Positions 1 to 10,308 are shown, counted from the first letter of the stretch. The stretch: DNA of 64,000 nt from Candidatus Uhrbacteria bacterium RIFCSPLOWO2_01_FULL_47_17 (GCA_001791305.1 MGEI01000003.1:13926-77925), one strand, 5' to 3'. Numbers and translations: made by a program. Notes: generated by a model not told the origin, from the sequence alone.

Positions 1-965
1 TTCGCATGATGGCGGCTGTGCAGCCGTTCATCTCCGGTGCTATCTCGAAAACAGTAAACATGCCACACGAGGCGAGTGTTGAAGATATCGCAGAAGTGTA
101 CATGACCGGTTGGAAGCTCGGACTCAAGGCGATCGCGATTTATCGTGATGGTTCGAAGAGACAACAAGCGTTGACCACGTCGAAGGAATCAGATGCAAAG
201 AAACAAAATACAAAAGTTGCGGAAGCAAACGTTGAAACCCCACTTGTCGTGCCTGCGGTTTCTGCTTCCGTGCCTACCGTTACCGTCTCGGATGATCGTA
301 AAATGCGCCGTCGCAGAATGCCAGATGAACGTCGTGCGATTACGCACAAGTTTCAGATCGGCAATCATCAAGGATTTATTACCGTTGGATTGTATGATGA
401 CGGCACGCCGGGCGAAGTGTTCATCACGATGTCAAAAGAAGGAAGTGTCATCAGTGGACTCATGGATTCATTTGCAACGTCTATTTCGATTGGTCTCCAA
501 TACGGAGTGCCCCTCGAAGTTCTCGTAAACAAATTCGTTCACATGCGATTTGAACCTTCCGGATTTACCTCAAACCCACAAATCCGCATTGCAAAATCCA
601 TCACCGATTACATGTTCCGTTGGCTCGCGCTCAAGTTTCTTCCTCGGGAGTCACAGATCGCGCTTGGCATTCAAGTTGGTGAAGAAAGCATGACGGAAGC
701 GACAAACGTTGGGGAGAAGGCGGATGTTATAGGCGGGGTGCCCTCACCCCGCGTTGAAACGGTTTTGGAAGCGCAGCCGGAATTATTTTCCGTCAAAGCA
801 AAAGACGCCACATACCCACTCGGACAATGGGCACACAAAACACTTACATCGACATTCGACAATCAATCAGACGCCCCCGCCTGTGATTCCTGTGGATCCA
901 TGATGGTGCGCAACGCTGCGTGTTATAAGTGTTTGAACTGCGGAGCAACATCGGGTTGTAGTTGA
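1..965 (+). CDS. nrdJ: Class II (adenosylcobalamin-dependent) ribonucleotide reductase, C-terminal portion; 5' end lies outside the window
   Basis: ORF open to the left edge; conserved block KTVNMP...[20 protein letters not shown] typical of B12-dependent RNR; C-terminal CDSC...CYKCLNCG zinc ribbon. Confidence 0.8.
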   Translation, partial: RMMAAVQPFISGAISKTVNMPHEASVEDIAEVYMTGWKLGLKAIAIYRDGSKRQQALTTSKESDAKKQNTKVAEANVETPLVVPAVSASVPTVTVSDDRKMRRRRMPDERRAITHKFQIGNHQGFITVGLYDDGTPGEVFITMSKEGSVISGLMDSFATSISIGLQYGVPLEVLVNKFVHMRFEPSGFTSNPQIRIAKSITDYMFRWLALKFLPRESQIALGIQVGEESMTEATNVGEKADVIGGVPSPRVETVLEAQPELFSVKAKDATYPLGQWAHKTLTSTFDNQSDAPACDSCGSMMVRNAACYKCLNCGATSGCS

Positions 966-1007
966 TGTCTGTCAGTGCAAGGAGTTCGACGACGAAGCAA
1001 TCTTTTC

Positions 1008-1040
1008 GAACGAGAAACAGAGACCGTCATGGTCTCTGTT
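1008..1040 (+). terminator. Rho-independent terminator after nrdJ (hairpin CAGAGACCgtcatGGTCTCTG plus T-run)
   Basis: Perfect 8-bp stem and T-run read directly; near-identical copy at 2118-2150. Confidence 0.5.
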
Positions 1041-1090
1041 TTTGTTTGACGCGACACATTGTGGGTGTTATATTTTTTATGGAATCAAAC

Positions 1091-1453
1091 ATGGAGGATT
1101 TCATGGAAAAGCAACATGTTACGGTTGATGATATGGTTGTAACGCCATTTGATGTACATGAAAGAGATTTTCTTCATGAATTGAATCTTCTCCAGCTTCA
1201 TCGAATGATTCATTTTACAGAACCGTTTCTTTGGTTGGTGACTTTTCTTTGCTCGTCCATGCTTGTTTTTCTGTTCTTTCTATTCTTTCAGAATGACGAT
1301 TTTTATCATCGTTGTATTTTTGCCGTGTTGCTTTTAGGTTTCATGCCGCTTCCAGTAGGCTGTATGCAACAACTGCGAATGCATTTCCGGATAAAACACC
1401 ATGTGAAAGAACAGATCGATGCGTGCGGTATCTCAATCGACCAACTTCTCTGA
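1091..1453 (+). CDS. Small hydrophobic protein (predicted membrane), function unknown
   Basis: ORF 962..1453 trimmed to first ATG after the nrdJ terminator; Phe/Leu-rich predicted TM segments; no recognisable domain. Confidence 0.35.
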   Translation: MEDFMEKQHVTVDDMVVTPFDVHERDFLHELNLLQLHRMIHFTEPFLWLVTFLCSSMLVFLFFLFFQNDDFYHRCIFAVLLLGFMPLPVGCMQQLRMHFRIKHHVKEQIDACGISIDQLL

Positions 1454-1475
1454 ACCCACTCTGGGTTTTTTTATC

Positions 1476-1504
1476 TTGACATCATGAACGCGTCGCGTTA
1501 CTAT
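1476..1504 (+). promoter_or_regulatory. Sigma70-like promoter TTGACA-N17-TACTAT upstream of higB
   Basis: Consensus -35 and near-consensus -10 with 17-nt spacer, 24 nt upstream of the higB ATG. Confidence 0.45.
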
Positions 1505-1527
1505 GGCGTTAGCCCTTTCATCACTCT

Positions 1528-1809
1528 ATGATTCAAAGTTTTTCTGACAAAGAAGCAAAAAAGATTTTCGAACGAGAATATTCTGCAAAACTTCCAACAG
1601 ATATTCAGAGAATCATTTTACGCAAACTCCTCATGTTACACGCAGCGAACTCAATCAATGACTTACGTGTTCCACCTGGAAATCGTTTAGAACGATTGAA
1701 AGGAAATCGCAAAGATGAGCACAGTATCCGAATTAATCAACAATGGAGAATCTGTTTTGTTTGGACGGAAGGTTGTGCTCATAGCGTTCTTATTCAGGAC
1801 TATCACTAA
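1528..1809 (+). CDS. higB: HigB toxin (RelE/ParE superfamily, plasmid-maintenance killer)
   Basis: 93 aa; IQSFSDKEAKKIF...LRVPPGNRLERLKGNRKDEHSIRINQQWRICFVW matches the HigB family signature; followed by an HTH antitoxin. Confidence 0.85.
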   Translation: MIQSFSDKEAKKIFEREYSAKLPTDIQRIILRKLLMLHAANSINDLRVPPGNRLERLKGNRKDEHSIRINQQWRICFVWTEGCAHSVLIQDYH

Positions 1810-1819
1810 CATTTATTCT

Positions 1820-2116
1820 ATGAAAAAAATTTCCATTATTCATCCAGGAGAAATTCTCTTAGAGGAATTTTTGAATCCTCTCAAGTTGTCCCAGTATCGT
1901 GTTGCAAAAGATTTGAGTGTTCCACCGCGACGCTTAAATGAAATCGTTCGAGGACAACGTGCAATCTCGGCAGACACCGCATTGCGATTGGGAAGATATT
2001 TTAAAATGTCTCCCGAATTTTGGATGAATCTCCAAAGTCAATACGATTTAGAAAAACAACATGCTCTTCTTGGAAAAAGACTTGAGCGTGAGGTTTTACA
2101 ATCCGCGTTTGCGTAA
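1820..2116 (+). CDS. higA: HigA antitoxin, XRE-family HTH
   Basis: MKKISIIHPGEILLEEFLNPLKLSQYRVAKDLSVPPRRLNEIVRGQRAISADTALRL is a typical HigA HTH; ATG at 1820, in frame with ORF 1715..2116. Confidence 0.8.
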   Translation: MKKISIIHPGEILLEEFLNPLKLSQYRVAKDLSVPPRRLNEIVRGQRAISADTALRLGRYFKMSPEFWMNLQSQYDLEKQHALLGKRLEREVLQSAFA

Positions 2117-2117
2117 T

Positions 2118-2150
2118 AAAAAACAGAGACCCTCGCGGTCTCTGTTTTTT
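2118..2150. terminator. Bidirectional rho-independent terminator (CAGAGACCctcgcGGTCTCTG flanked by A/T runs)
   Basis: Hairpin with A-run 5' and T-run 3'; sits between convergent higA and the minus-strand gene at 2166..2684. Confidence 0.5.
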
Positions 2151-2165
2151 GTTGCACAAAAAAAC

Positions 2166-2684
2166 TCACGACGCGTTGTCGTGAGAGAAGTGGGTGAGCT
2201 TGAATGCGCGCCAGCGAGTGACGGCACTTGCTTTGAGTTCGCTTGCGAGGCGCCAGGCGGTCGACGCTTTCGCGTAGGCGACAACTTTGTGTTTCCAGAT
2301 CGTGAAGCGGTCATAGACGAAGGCGAACCAGGCGAGTTGTAGGAGGGTCGGTTTCGTGAGCGTGAACAGGCGCGCGACGATGGCGGTGCCGATGATCTTT
2401 GCTATCACGATAATCGCGAGACCAAGCATCGCGTGATCGCTTGCGATCAGCTTGAGTGCGAAGAGTTTGATGGGGAACAGGGTTGCTCCCGGAATGGCAA
2501 ACACCACGAGGGCGGGATACGGCGGAAGTTTGACGATCAGTCGCTCGATGTGGCGAAAGATCGGGAGCTTTGCGAATCGAGACGCAAGTCGCTGTAGCGG
2601 TTCCCAGCCCCATTCTTCGAACAAGATGATGAGAGCGATGATCCAGGACGCGATCGTCTTTACGGCTTTGAGCAATGTTTTCAA
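2166..2684 (-). CDS. Hypothetical integral membrane protein
   Basis: 172 aa with several hydrophobic helices; TTG start preceded by an AGGAG SD; overlapping Arg-rich ORF 2311..2742 judged a shadow. Confidence 0.45.
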   Translation of the reverse strand: MKTLLKAVKTIASWIIALIILFEEWGWEPLQRLASRFAKLPIFRHIERLIVKLPPYPALVVFAIPGATLFPIKLFALKLIASDHAMLGLAIIVIAKIIGTAIVARLFTLTKPTLLQLAWFAFVYDRFTIWKHKVVAYAKASTAWRLASELKASAVTRWRAFKLTHFSHDNAS

Positions 2685-2824
2685 GGTTCACTCCTGTGCG
2701 TCGAGAAACATCGACCAAGAAGAATAGCGCATTTTTGGTCATGCGTCAATGGATTGACGGGATGGCTTTTTCGTGCTATCTTGTAGCGTTCACAGGCACA
2801 ATTTTGTGCAGTAGGGAGGTGAAC

Positions 2825-3946
2825 ATGTTTGGTCGTTTTGTGTTGATTCCTTGTGTTTTGCTCGCGATGGCGGGCTGTCATGCAAAGTTTTCACATACGC
2901 CCGCTGAATCGAGCAGCGATTCTCCGATGCTCGTGCAGATTGATATTCCTCCTGAGTCCACAAAGACGCAAGCGGATACTTGTGACCATCCGGTTCATGT
3001 GAGGAATATGGATTCGACCGATGAGGAAGAAGTTGCGATCGCCATAATGGAATATGCGGACGTTTCGTTGCATCACCCGTCGTGTTATTCCGAGACGGAT
3101 CGTTCGCATTTTGCTTTGCAACTTGCGCGTGCCTATGTGCGCGAGATGGTTGAAGAACAGCCGGGTGCATTGACTCATGAAATGCAATGGAAGAAGATCA
3201 GGTCGTTGTTCGCCTTGCAGCCTCAACTTCCTGTTGCGAAGACCGCGCTTGAGCTCATGGATCTGTATCAGTCGATCGACAGCGAATTGACGCGGACGTT
3301 TGTGGAGGCATACGCGCGATTGAGTGCGATTGAACCCACGAAAGAAATGGCTGAATCCATTCGACAGGTGAAAGAAGCGATCGTGCGTGAAGCGCTCGTG
3401 TTCACTTATCGCCATGAGGCTGATCAAAATCGTGAACTCGATGCCGTGATCGGCGCATATCCGTATGATCGCGTGCAAGATCGAATCGCGTTTGCAAAGT
3501 CGGTGATCGATGCGTTTGATTGGCAAGGTTTTCGTGCCATGCCGCGTACGTTTTTGGATGAGGTCGGCTTGAATTCCGCGGGTCGCACAGAAGTGCTTGT
3601 GTATCTCGTTGCACCAAATGTTGACGAGGACGAGGATTACGCAGATGCCCTCGATCGCCGCGCACAGACCTATGTGAACGCGGGGTATGACGTAACGGAA
3701 GTGAACGCGGCTGCCGTGACAGATTTGATCGAAAGCGATCAGTTCGCAGACGCACTTGCGTATGCGCACAAACATTACGACGAAGGACAGATCGGCAACC
3801 TTGAAACGCGGCTCATGAAAATCATGCGCTCGCGCGGCTGCTACTCCATCATGGAAAACCCAGACGGCCACAAATACCCGCTTTACGACTTCAAACGCGG
3901 CTGCGATGACCCCGTGGATGATGAAGAATCGGACGAAAACGAATAG
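2825..3946 (+). CDS. Lipoprotein, function unknown (acidic C-terminal tail)
   Basis: ATG at 2825 with GGGAGG SD; signal MFGRFVLIPCVLLAMAGC with lipobox; no known domain. Confidence 0.5.
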   Translation: MFGRFVLIPCVLLAMAGCHAKFSHTPAESSSDSPMLVQIDIPPESTKTQADTCDHPVHVRNMDSTDEEEVAIAIMEYADVSLHHPSCYSETDRSHFALQLARAYVREMVEEQPGALTHEMQWKKIRSLFALQPQLPVAKTALELMDLYQSIDSELTRTFVEAYARLSAIEPTKEMAESIRQVKEAIVREALVFTYRHEADQNRELDAVIGAYPYDRVQDRIAFAKSVIDAFDWQGFRAMPRTFLDEVGLNSAGRTEVLVYLVAPNVDEDEDYADALDRRAQTYVNAGYDVTEVNAAAVTDLIESDQFADALAYAHKHYDEGQIGNLETRLMKIMRSRGCYSIMENPDGHKYPLYDFKRGCDDPVDDEESDENE

Positions 3947-3970
3947 ACTCTCATATATTAGGAGGCAGAG

Positions 3971-5284
3971 ATGCGAGACATTCTTTCACATTGGCAGATT
4001 TTCGAAGCTGTAACAGATTTGCGTAACACAGGAAAGCAGATCTTTCTTGTGACAACGGGTTCAACAGGCGGTCTTCTCGAAGCCCTTTGGGGACCGTTTC
4101 ACGCATCGAATCAACTGTTCGGACATCGCTTCTGCTATGCGCAGGAGGATCTCGCCGAGTTTCTCGGATTCAAGCCGAAGAAGTTCTGCTCGGAAGAGAC
4201 TGCGGCGCAGATGGCCGCACACGCCTACTGGCACGGCATGGAACTCGCGGTTCGCCGCAGGATCGCTGTCCCGGATGTGATCGGCGTCGGAATGACCGCG
4301 GTCGTGTCGAGTGATCGGCATCATCGGGGCGAAGAGCGCGTGTGCATCGCCGTCCGAACGCGAGAGAGCTTTCACAAGTTCGAAGCAACGTTCGAAAAGT
4401 GTGCGGAGGATACCTCGCCCGAGGATCGATATGCCGCGCGCATCGAACAGTCGCAACTCGCGGATGTGATGACACTCAACGTCATCCTTGATGCGGGTGG
4501 AATCACACAAATTCCGTTTCCAAAGAAGTGTGCACGCAGTTTCGACTTCATCGATTTTTCTGACAAGACGATCGTCGAACAGCTCGTTCCTTCTTTCTGG
4601 GCAAGCACCGAGAGTGGTATGCACATGGAAGTCGGCGCGGCTGGATGGCTGAAGGGATGCGACGAGGCGACCGATCGGAGGATCGAAGCCGCGCTCGCGA
4701 ATCCGCCGATTTACGGACGTGTGTCCTGGGATGGTCGTGATGAATATCGCGAACCGAATCTCGAAACGGATCTCAAGAATGCCGTGCTACTTCCAGGTTC
4801 GTTCAATCCGCTTCACTACGGGCACATCGCCCTTGCACGAACGGTTGAGAAGATGACAGGGAAGCGTGTGATCTACGAGATCACGAACACGCATCCATTC
4901 AAGCCGACGCGAACGCACACAGAAATGATGCAGCGTGCGGATCAGTTCCAGTTCTTTGCACCCGTGATCCTTTCGGACGACGCGCCGCTTTTCATCGACA
5001 AGGCGCGCAGATACCCGGGTGTGCCCATGGTCATGGGCGCGGACGCGATGCAGGCATTGCTCGACGTTCGTTACTACGACAATAGTTTGCAAAAGCTCTT
5101 CGACGTCCTCGACGAATTCCGTCGCCTCGGCACGGTGTTCTACGTGAATGGTCGCGATGTGAAGGGCATGTTCCTCACCCGCGACGATGTCGCTGTTCCA
5201 AAACGATACGAAGATCTCTTCCTCACCGTCAGCGGACGCGAAGACATCTCGTCAACGCAATTGCGAAACAAGACTCAAGCGTAA
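3971..5284 (+). CDS. Two-domain NAD-salvage fusion: N-terminal CinA-C/PncC-like (NMN deamidase) domain plus C-terminal NadD-like nicotinate-nucleotide adenylyltransferase domain
   Basis: N-terminus LVTTGSTGGLLEAL...LGF...SEETAAQMA...IGVGMTAVVSS...RVCIAV resembles the PncC/CinA-C consensus; C-terminus GSFNPLHYGH (H/TxGH motif) and terminal ISSTQLR match NadD/NMNAT motifs. Confidence 0.55.
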   Translation: MRDILSHWQIFEAVTDLRNTGKQIFLVTTGSTGGLLEALWGPFHASNQLFGHRFCYAQEDLAEFLGFKPKKFCSEETAAQMAAHAYWHGMELAVRRRIAVPDVIGVGMTAVVSSDRHHRGEERVCIAVRTRESFHKFEATFEKCAEDTSPEDRYAARIEQSQLADVMTLNVILDAGGITQIPFPKKCARSFDFIDFSDKTIVEQLVPSFWASTESGMHMEVGAAGWLKGCDEATDRRIEAALANPPIYGRVSWDGRDEYREPNLETDLKNAVLLPGSFNPLHYGHIALARTVEKMTGKRVIYEITNTHPFKPTRTHTEMMQRADQFQFFAPVILSDDAPLFIDKARRYPGVPMVMGADAMQALLDVRYYDNSLQKLFDVLDEFRRLGTVFYVNGRDVKGMFLTRDDVAVPKRYEDLFLTVSGREDISSTQLRNKTQA

Positions 5285-5418
5285 CCACAACTCGGTTGCG
5301 CTTTTTTATTTGTGTATGCTAAGCTTTTTGTACAACTTTATTCCTTCTGCCACAGGTGATTCGTGGCAGCGTCCCCTGGAGAACAACCTCGCAGGGAGTT
5401 TGACGTATGGAGAAAAAG

Positions 5419-5565
5419 TGGATGAGTGATGGAGTGGAAGAGTGAAGGAAGAAAAACAGTTTTTGTTTTTTGTAACGACTTTCTCCCTGTCTCTCACATT
5501 CCAAAATAAAAAAGATGCTCCCTTCTATCACTCTTCCACTCTGTCTTATGTCTTTCTCTCTCCAC
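5419..5565. repeat. Imperfect long palindromic element, family D copy 1 (core GAGTGGAAGAGTGA in both arms), overlapping the uvrB start
   Basis: Left arm gatgagtgatggagtggaagagtgaagga, right arm cttctatcactcttccactctgtc, AT-rich loop; related copy at 18338-18520. Confidence 0.45.
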
Positions 5566-7575
5566 TCCAAATACAAACCTGCCGGCGACCAACCAAAAGC
5601 CATCGAGCAACTCGTGGCCGGTCTTCATGATGACAAAAAATTCCAGACGCTTCTTGGCGTAACCGGATCGGGAAAAACGTTTACGATGGCGAACGTGATC
5701 CAGCAAACACAGCGCCCAACGCTTGTCATCGCCCACAACAAAACGCTCGCCGCACAGCTCTGTAACGAGTTCCGCGAGTTTTTTCCGGACAACGTCGTTG
5801 AGTACTTTGTTTCGTATTACGATTACTACCAACCAGAAGCGTACATGCCACGAACGGATACGTATATCGAAAAAGAAGCGATGATCAACGAAGAAATCGA
5901 TCGTTTGCGTCACGCGGCAACACAAGCACTGCTTACACGTCGTGATGTGATTATCGTCGCGTCGGTTTCGTGTATCTACGGTTTGGGTTCTCCAAAGGAA
6001 TATGAAGAAACGGTTTTGCATTTGAAGGTCGGCCCGTCTGCTTCTCGAACCGACTTGATCCGACAACTGATCTCCATGCAGTTTGAACGCACAAACACAG
6101 ATCTCACACGCGGACACTTTCGCGCGAAGGGAGACATCCTCGAAGTCATGCCAACGAACGAAGAAATGATTTATCGTTTGGTGATGTCAGACGAATCGAT
6201 CGAGTCGATTCAACAACTTGATCCCGTGACGCGCAAGATTCTCGACACACGAACCGATCTTTGGATTTTTCCAGCAAAGCACTACGTCGTTTCGCAAGAA
6301 CGTAAATCGAGAGCGATCGGACAAATTCGACATGAACTCGCGGAGCAGCTGAAGAAATTTGAAGAGAACGGACAAGTACTCGAAGCCGAGCGGCTTTCTC
6401 GAAGAACGCGATACGACATCGAAATGATCGAACAGATCGGTTATTGCAACGGAATCGAGAACTACTCGAGATTTTTCGACGGCCGCGCACCGGGCGAGCC
6501 ACCATATACCCTCATGGATTATTTCCCAGAAGATTTTCTCACCCTCGTGGACGAGTCGCACGTCACCATTCCACAAATCGGCGGAATGTATGCGGGAGAC
6601 CAAGCGCGTAAGAACTCGCTCATCGATCACGGATTCCGTCTGCCAAGTGCGCGAGATAATCGTCCGCTGCAATTCGACGAGTTCGAAAAAAAGATCGGCC
6701 AAACGGTTTTCGTTAGCGCAACGCCGGGGCCGTATGAGAAAAAGCATTCGCAAAAAATTGTGGAACAGATTATTCGTCCGACGGGTCTCGTCGATCCGGT
6801 GATTACCGTTCGACCCGTAACAGAATCAGAAAAGAATAAAGGTCAGATCGAAGACTTGATCATGGAAATCGAAAAACGCGTCGCGCTTCATGAGCGAACG
6901 CTTGTGACGACGCTTACGAAGAAGATGGCGGAGGACCTCTCGGAGTTTCTCAAGCAAAAAAATATTGCGGTGCAGTATTTGCACTCGGGTGTTGATACGC
7001 TTGATCGCATTACGATCCTCTCGGATCTTCGAAGAGGGAAGTATGACGTCCTTGTCGGCGTGAACTTGCTTCGTGAGGGTCTCGATCTTCCGGAAGTTAC
7101 CCTTGTCGCGATTCTCGACGCAGATAAAGAAGGATTCTTGCGATCTGATACATCGATTATTCAAACGATCGGACGTGCGGCACGTCACGTGAAGGGAGAA
7201 GTTCTGCTCTACGCAGATCACATGACCGGTTCGCTCGCTCGCGCGATCGAGGAAACGGAACGACGCCGCACGTTGCAGATCGAATACAATACGAAACATA
7301 ACATTACGCCGGTGAGTATCGTGAAAGAGATTCATGACATTCGCGCGATGTTCGGCGAGCGTGATGAGAAATCGATCAAAGATATTTTGAAACTCGAACT
7401 CAAAGCCGATTCGCATGAGATTCAGGAAGTGATTAAAGAGAAAGAGGTGGAGATGCGCGAGGTGGCGAGAAAGTTGGACTTCGAGACGGCCGCGCTATTG
7501 CGAGATGAGGTGACTATGCTTCGCAAAGAACTCGAGAAAAAGTCGACGGTGCCGAAGAGGGTGAAGAAAAAATAA
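5548..7575 (+). CDS. uvrB: Excinuclease ABC subunit B
   Basis: Strong UvrB sequence: [15 protein letters not shown], Walker A GVTGSGKT, helicase motifs, C-terminal UVR coiled coil; ATG at 5548 ([16 protein letters not shown]). Confidence 0.93.
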   Translation: MSFSLHSKYKPAGDQPKAIEQLVAGLHDDKKFQTLLGVTGSGKTFTMANVIQQTQRPTLVIAHNKTLAAQLCNEFREFFPDNVVEYFVSYYDYYQPEAYMPRTDTYIEKEAMINEEIDRLRHAATQALLTRRDVIIVASVSCIYGLGSPKEYEETVLHLKVGPSASRTDLIRQLISMQFERTNTDLTRGHFRAKGDILEVMPTNEEMIYRLVMSDESIESIQQLDPVTRKILDTRTDLWIFPAKHYVVSQERKSRAIGQIRHELAEQLKKFEENGQVLEAERLSRRTRYDIEMIEQIGYCNGIENYSRFFDGRAPGEPPYTLMDYFPEDFLTLVDESHVTIPQIGGMYAGDQARKNSLIDHGFRLPSARDNRPLQFDEFEKKIGQTVFVSATPGPYEKKHSQKIVEQIIRPTGLVDPVITVRPVTESEKNKGQIEDLIMEIEKRVALHERTLVTTLTKKMAEDLSEFLKQKNIAVQYLHSGVDTLDRITILSDLRRGKYDVLVGVNLLREGLDLPEVTLVAILDADKEGFLRSDTSIIQTIGRAARHVKGEVLLYADHMTGSLARAIEETERRRTLQIEYNTKHNITPVSIVKEIHDIRAMFGERDEKSIKDILKLELKADSHEIQEVIKEKEVEMREVARKLDFETAALLRDEVTMLRKELEKKSTVPKRVKKK

Positions 7576-7581
7576 ACTTTT

Positions 7582-10308
7582 ATGCAAGACAAAATTATCG
7601 TGCGGGGTGCGCGCGAGCACAATTTGAAAAATATCAATGTTGAGATGCCTCGCAACAAGCTTGTGTGTATCACAGGTGTTTCGGGTTCTGGGAAATCTTC
7701 GCTTGCGTTTGATACGATTTTTGCCGAGGGGCAACGCCGATATGTCGAATCGCTCTCGGCGTACGCGCGACAGTTTCTCGGACAAATGGAAAAACCCGAT
7801 GTCGATGATATTGAAGGTTTGTCGCCGGCAATTTCCATCGACCAAAAGGCTCACTCGAGTAACCCTCGTTCTACCGTGGCAACCATCACGGAGATTTATG
7901 ATTATTTGCGTGTGTTGTATGCGCGTGTTGGAAAGCCGCATTGTCCAAAATGTGGAGAGCAAATTCAGAAATTGACGAATGAGGAGATGGTGGATGTTGT
8001 TTTGGGAAAGGTTGGAGAGGAAATGAAAGGATCGCTGAAAATTCTCGCGCCTGTCGTCGTCGGAAGAAAAGGGGAGTACTACCAGTTGCTTTATGATTTG
8101 TATAACGCCGGATTCGCGCGTGTGCGCATCGACGGAAAAGAATATCGACTCGATGAGAAGATTGAACTTGCGCGCTATCAACAGCACACCATCGAGGTTG
8201 TGGTCGACACGATACCGGTGGTGGAGTTACTCGAGACCTCATCTTCGAGTGCGACCCCTCTCCCCCCGCCCTCTCCCTCGAAGGGAGAGGGGGCTCGGAA
8301 GGAAACGCGTCAGCGTTTGGCGGAGGCACTCGAAACGGCTGTCGAAAAAGGGAATGATGTTGCGACGATTGTGTATCCAGATAAATCCGAACAAATGCTT
8401 TCGGCAAAGTTTTCGTGTCCGAATGATGGGTTTTCGTTTCCAGAAATCGAACCGCGCCTCTTCTCGTTCAACTCACCTTATGGTGCCTGTCAGGCATGTA
8501 CCGGACTCGGAACGGTCGAATTGTTTTCGGAAGAATTGTGTGAGACATGTCACGGCGCGCGTCTGCGATCGGAAGCGCTTCATGTTTGGCTGCCGGGGGT
8601 GGGGAAGGGCGGAAAGGTTGTAGGGGTGCCCTTTGCCTGCCACCCGCAGCATTTGCGTAGGGTGGTGGGTACCCATGCAGGGAAAAAAAAGAAAACACCC
8701 GTTGCACCGATCGAATACACGGAATCAGACGAGCTGATTCCGATGGCCGAAAAGAAAGGGGTTTCGATCGTGGACATTACGAATATGTCCATCGACGAAG
8801 CGGTTTTGTATTTCAAGACGATCGATGTTTCAGAAAAAGATTTGGAGATTGCGGGTTCTGTTTTGCGCGAGATTGAAAATCGTTTGAAGTTCATGCTCGA
8901 CGTGGGCTTACATTATTTGTCTCTCGATCGTCGCGCAGGCACGCTCTCGGGTGGCGAAGCACAGCGCATTCGACTCGCCTCGCAGGTTGGCTCTCGACTT
9001 GTAGGCGCGATGTACGTTCTCGACGAGCCAACGATCGGACTTCATCAACGTGATAATGACAAGCTCATCAAGACGCTTGAGAATTTGCGCGATCTCGGGA
9101 ACACGGTGATTGTGGTTGAGCATGATGAAGACACAATCATGGCGTCCGACTACATGATCGAGATCGGTCCGGGCGCGGGAGTGCACGGCGGATATGTTGT
9201 GGCTGCGGGTGAAACGCCTGCGATTTTCGAAGACAAGAAGTCGCTCACAGCGGCGTATCTTCGAGGAGATCAAAAAATCGAAGTTCCGGCACAACGTCGC
9301 CAAAATGACGGCGGATCGATTCGTCTCAAGGGCGCAACACAAAATAATTTGAAAAACATTGATGTAGAATTTCCGTTGCGCAAGTTTGTGTGTGTGACGG
9401 GTGTTTCTGGTTCGGGAAAATCAACACTCGCGTACGACACGATGTACAAGACCATCTCGAAACGACTTTATGGAGGATCGCAAACGCCAGGGAAGCACAA
9501 AGCACTCCTCGGACTCGAGTACATCGACAAAGCGATCTTGATCGATCAGGACGCGATTGGTCGCACATCACGATCGAATCCGGCGACGTATACCGGAGCG
9601 TGGGCACCGATTCGTGAGCTGTACGCCGAAACCGCGGAAGCAAAATTCCGTGGATATAAAGTTGGGCGATTTAGTTTTAATCGCCCTGGCGGACGATGTG
9701 AACATTGTGAGGGACACGGACTCATTTCCATCGAAATGCATTTTCTTCCAACGGTGTACGTGACGTGTGATATTTGTAAGGGGAAGCGCTTTGATCGCGA
9801 GACACTCGAGATCACGTTCAAAGAAAAGAACATTCACGATGTTCTCGAAATGACGATCGAAGAAGCGACGGTGTTCTTCAAAGAGATTCCTTACATCTAC
9901 GACAAACTCGCGTCGCTGAACGACGTCGGTCTCTCGTATGTTAAACTCGGCCAACCTGCGCCTACGCTCTCCGGTGGAGAAGCACAGCGTGTGAAACTCG
10001 CGACGGAACTTTCGAAGCGCCAGACGGGACGAACATTGTATCTCTTCGATGAACCAACGACAGGTCTCCACTTCGCCGATGTAAAAAAATTGCTCGAAGT
10101 GATGCACTCACTTGTCGACAAAGGAAACTCGGTTATCGTCATCGAACACAACCTCGACGTAATCAAAACCGCAGACTGGATCATCGACATGGGCCCCGAA
10201 GGGGGAGACAAAGGCGGAACGGTTGTGTACGCCGGCACGCCGGAGGAAGTGGCGAGACACAAGGGAAGTCACACGGGGGAGTATTTGAAACGGGTGTTGC
10301 GTTCGTAG
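7582..10308 (+). CDS. uvrA: Excinuclease ABC subunit A (carries two in-frame repeat-element insertions)
   Basis: 908 aa; twin ABC ATPase domains ([14 protein letters not shown]..., [12 protein letters not shown]..., second [14 protein letters not shown]...), zinc-finger Cys pairs. Confidence 0.95.
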   Translation: MQDKIIVRGAREHNLKNINVEMPRNKLVCITGVSGSGKSSLAFDTIFAEGQRRYVESLSAYARQFLGQMEKPDVDDIEGLSPAISIDQKAHSSNPRSTVATITEIYDYLRVLYARVGKPHCPKCGEQIQKLTNEEMVDVVLGKVGEEMKGSLKILAPVVVGRKGEYYQLLYDLYNAGFARVRIDGKEYRLDEKIELARYQQHTIEVVVDTIPVVELLETSSSSATPLPPPSPSKGEGARKETRQRLAEALETAVEKGNDVATIVYPDKSEQMLSAKFSCPNDGFSFPEIEPRLFSFNSPYGACQACTGLGTVELFSEELCETCHGARLRSEALHVWLPGVGKGGKVVGVPFACHPQHLRRVVGTHAGKKKKTPVAPIEYTESDELIPMAEKKGVSIVDITNMSIDEAVLYFKTIDVSEKDLEIAGSVLREIENRLKFMLDVGLHYLSLDRRAGTLSGGEAQRIRLASQVGSRLVGAMYVLDEPTIGLHQRDNDKLIKTLENLRDLGNTVIVVEHDEDTIMASDYMIEIGPGAGVHGGYVVAAGETPAIFEDKKSLTAAYLRGDQKIEVPAQRRQNDGGSIRLKGATQNNLKNIDVEFPLRKFVCVTGVSGSGKSTLAYDTMYKTISKRLYGGSQTPGKHKALLGLEYIDKAILIDQDAIGRTSRSNPATYTGAWAPIRELYAETAEAKFRGYKVGRFSFNRPGGRCEHCEGHGLISIEMHFLPTVYVTCDICKGKRFDRETLEITFKEKNIHDVLEMTIEEATVFFKEIPYIYDKLASLNDVGLSYVKLGQPAPTLSGGEAQRVKLATELSKRQTGRTLYLFDEPTTGLHFADVKKLLEVMHSLVDKGNSVIVIEHNLDVIKTADWIIDMGPEGGDKGGTVVYAGTPEEVARHKGSHTGEYLKRVLRS
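8255..8295. repeat. Palindromic GC-rich element family A, in-frame inside uvrA (encodes ...[17 protein letters not shown]...)
   Basis: cccctctccccccgccctctccctcgaagggagagggggct; reverse-complement copy inside cysS at 30621-30660. Confidence 0.6.
8620..8678. repeat. Palindromic element family B, in-frame inside uvrA (encodes ...[22 protein letters not shown]...)
   Basis: gtaggggtgccctttgcctgccacccgcagcatttgcgtagggtggtgggtacccatgc; shorter copy gggtacgtaggggtgccctttatgggtacccatgcc at 41153-41188. Confidence 0.5.

Noticed and set aside
2311-2742. 143-aa Arg-rich minus-strand ORF and 2061-2342 plus-strand ORF overlapping the membrane-protein gene
   Set aside because: Both overlap 2166-2684 in other frames and encode Arg/Pro-rich low-complexity sequence. 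Judged shadows of a GC-rich gene.
6146-6753. Long minus-strand ORFs inside uvrB (and similar inside uvrA, PBP, giant protein)
   Set aside because: Embedded antisense ORFs within confidently identified conserved genes.
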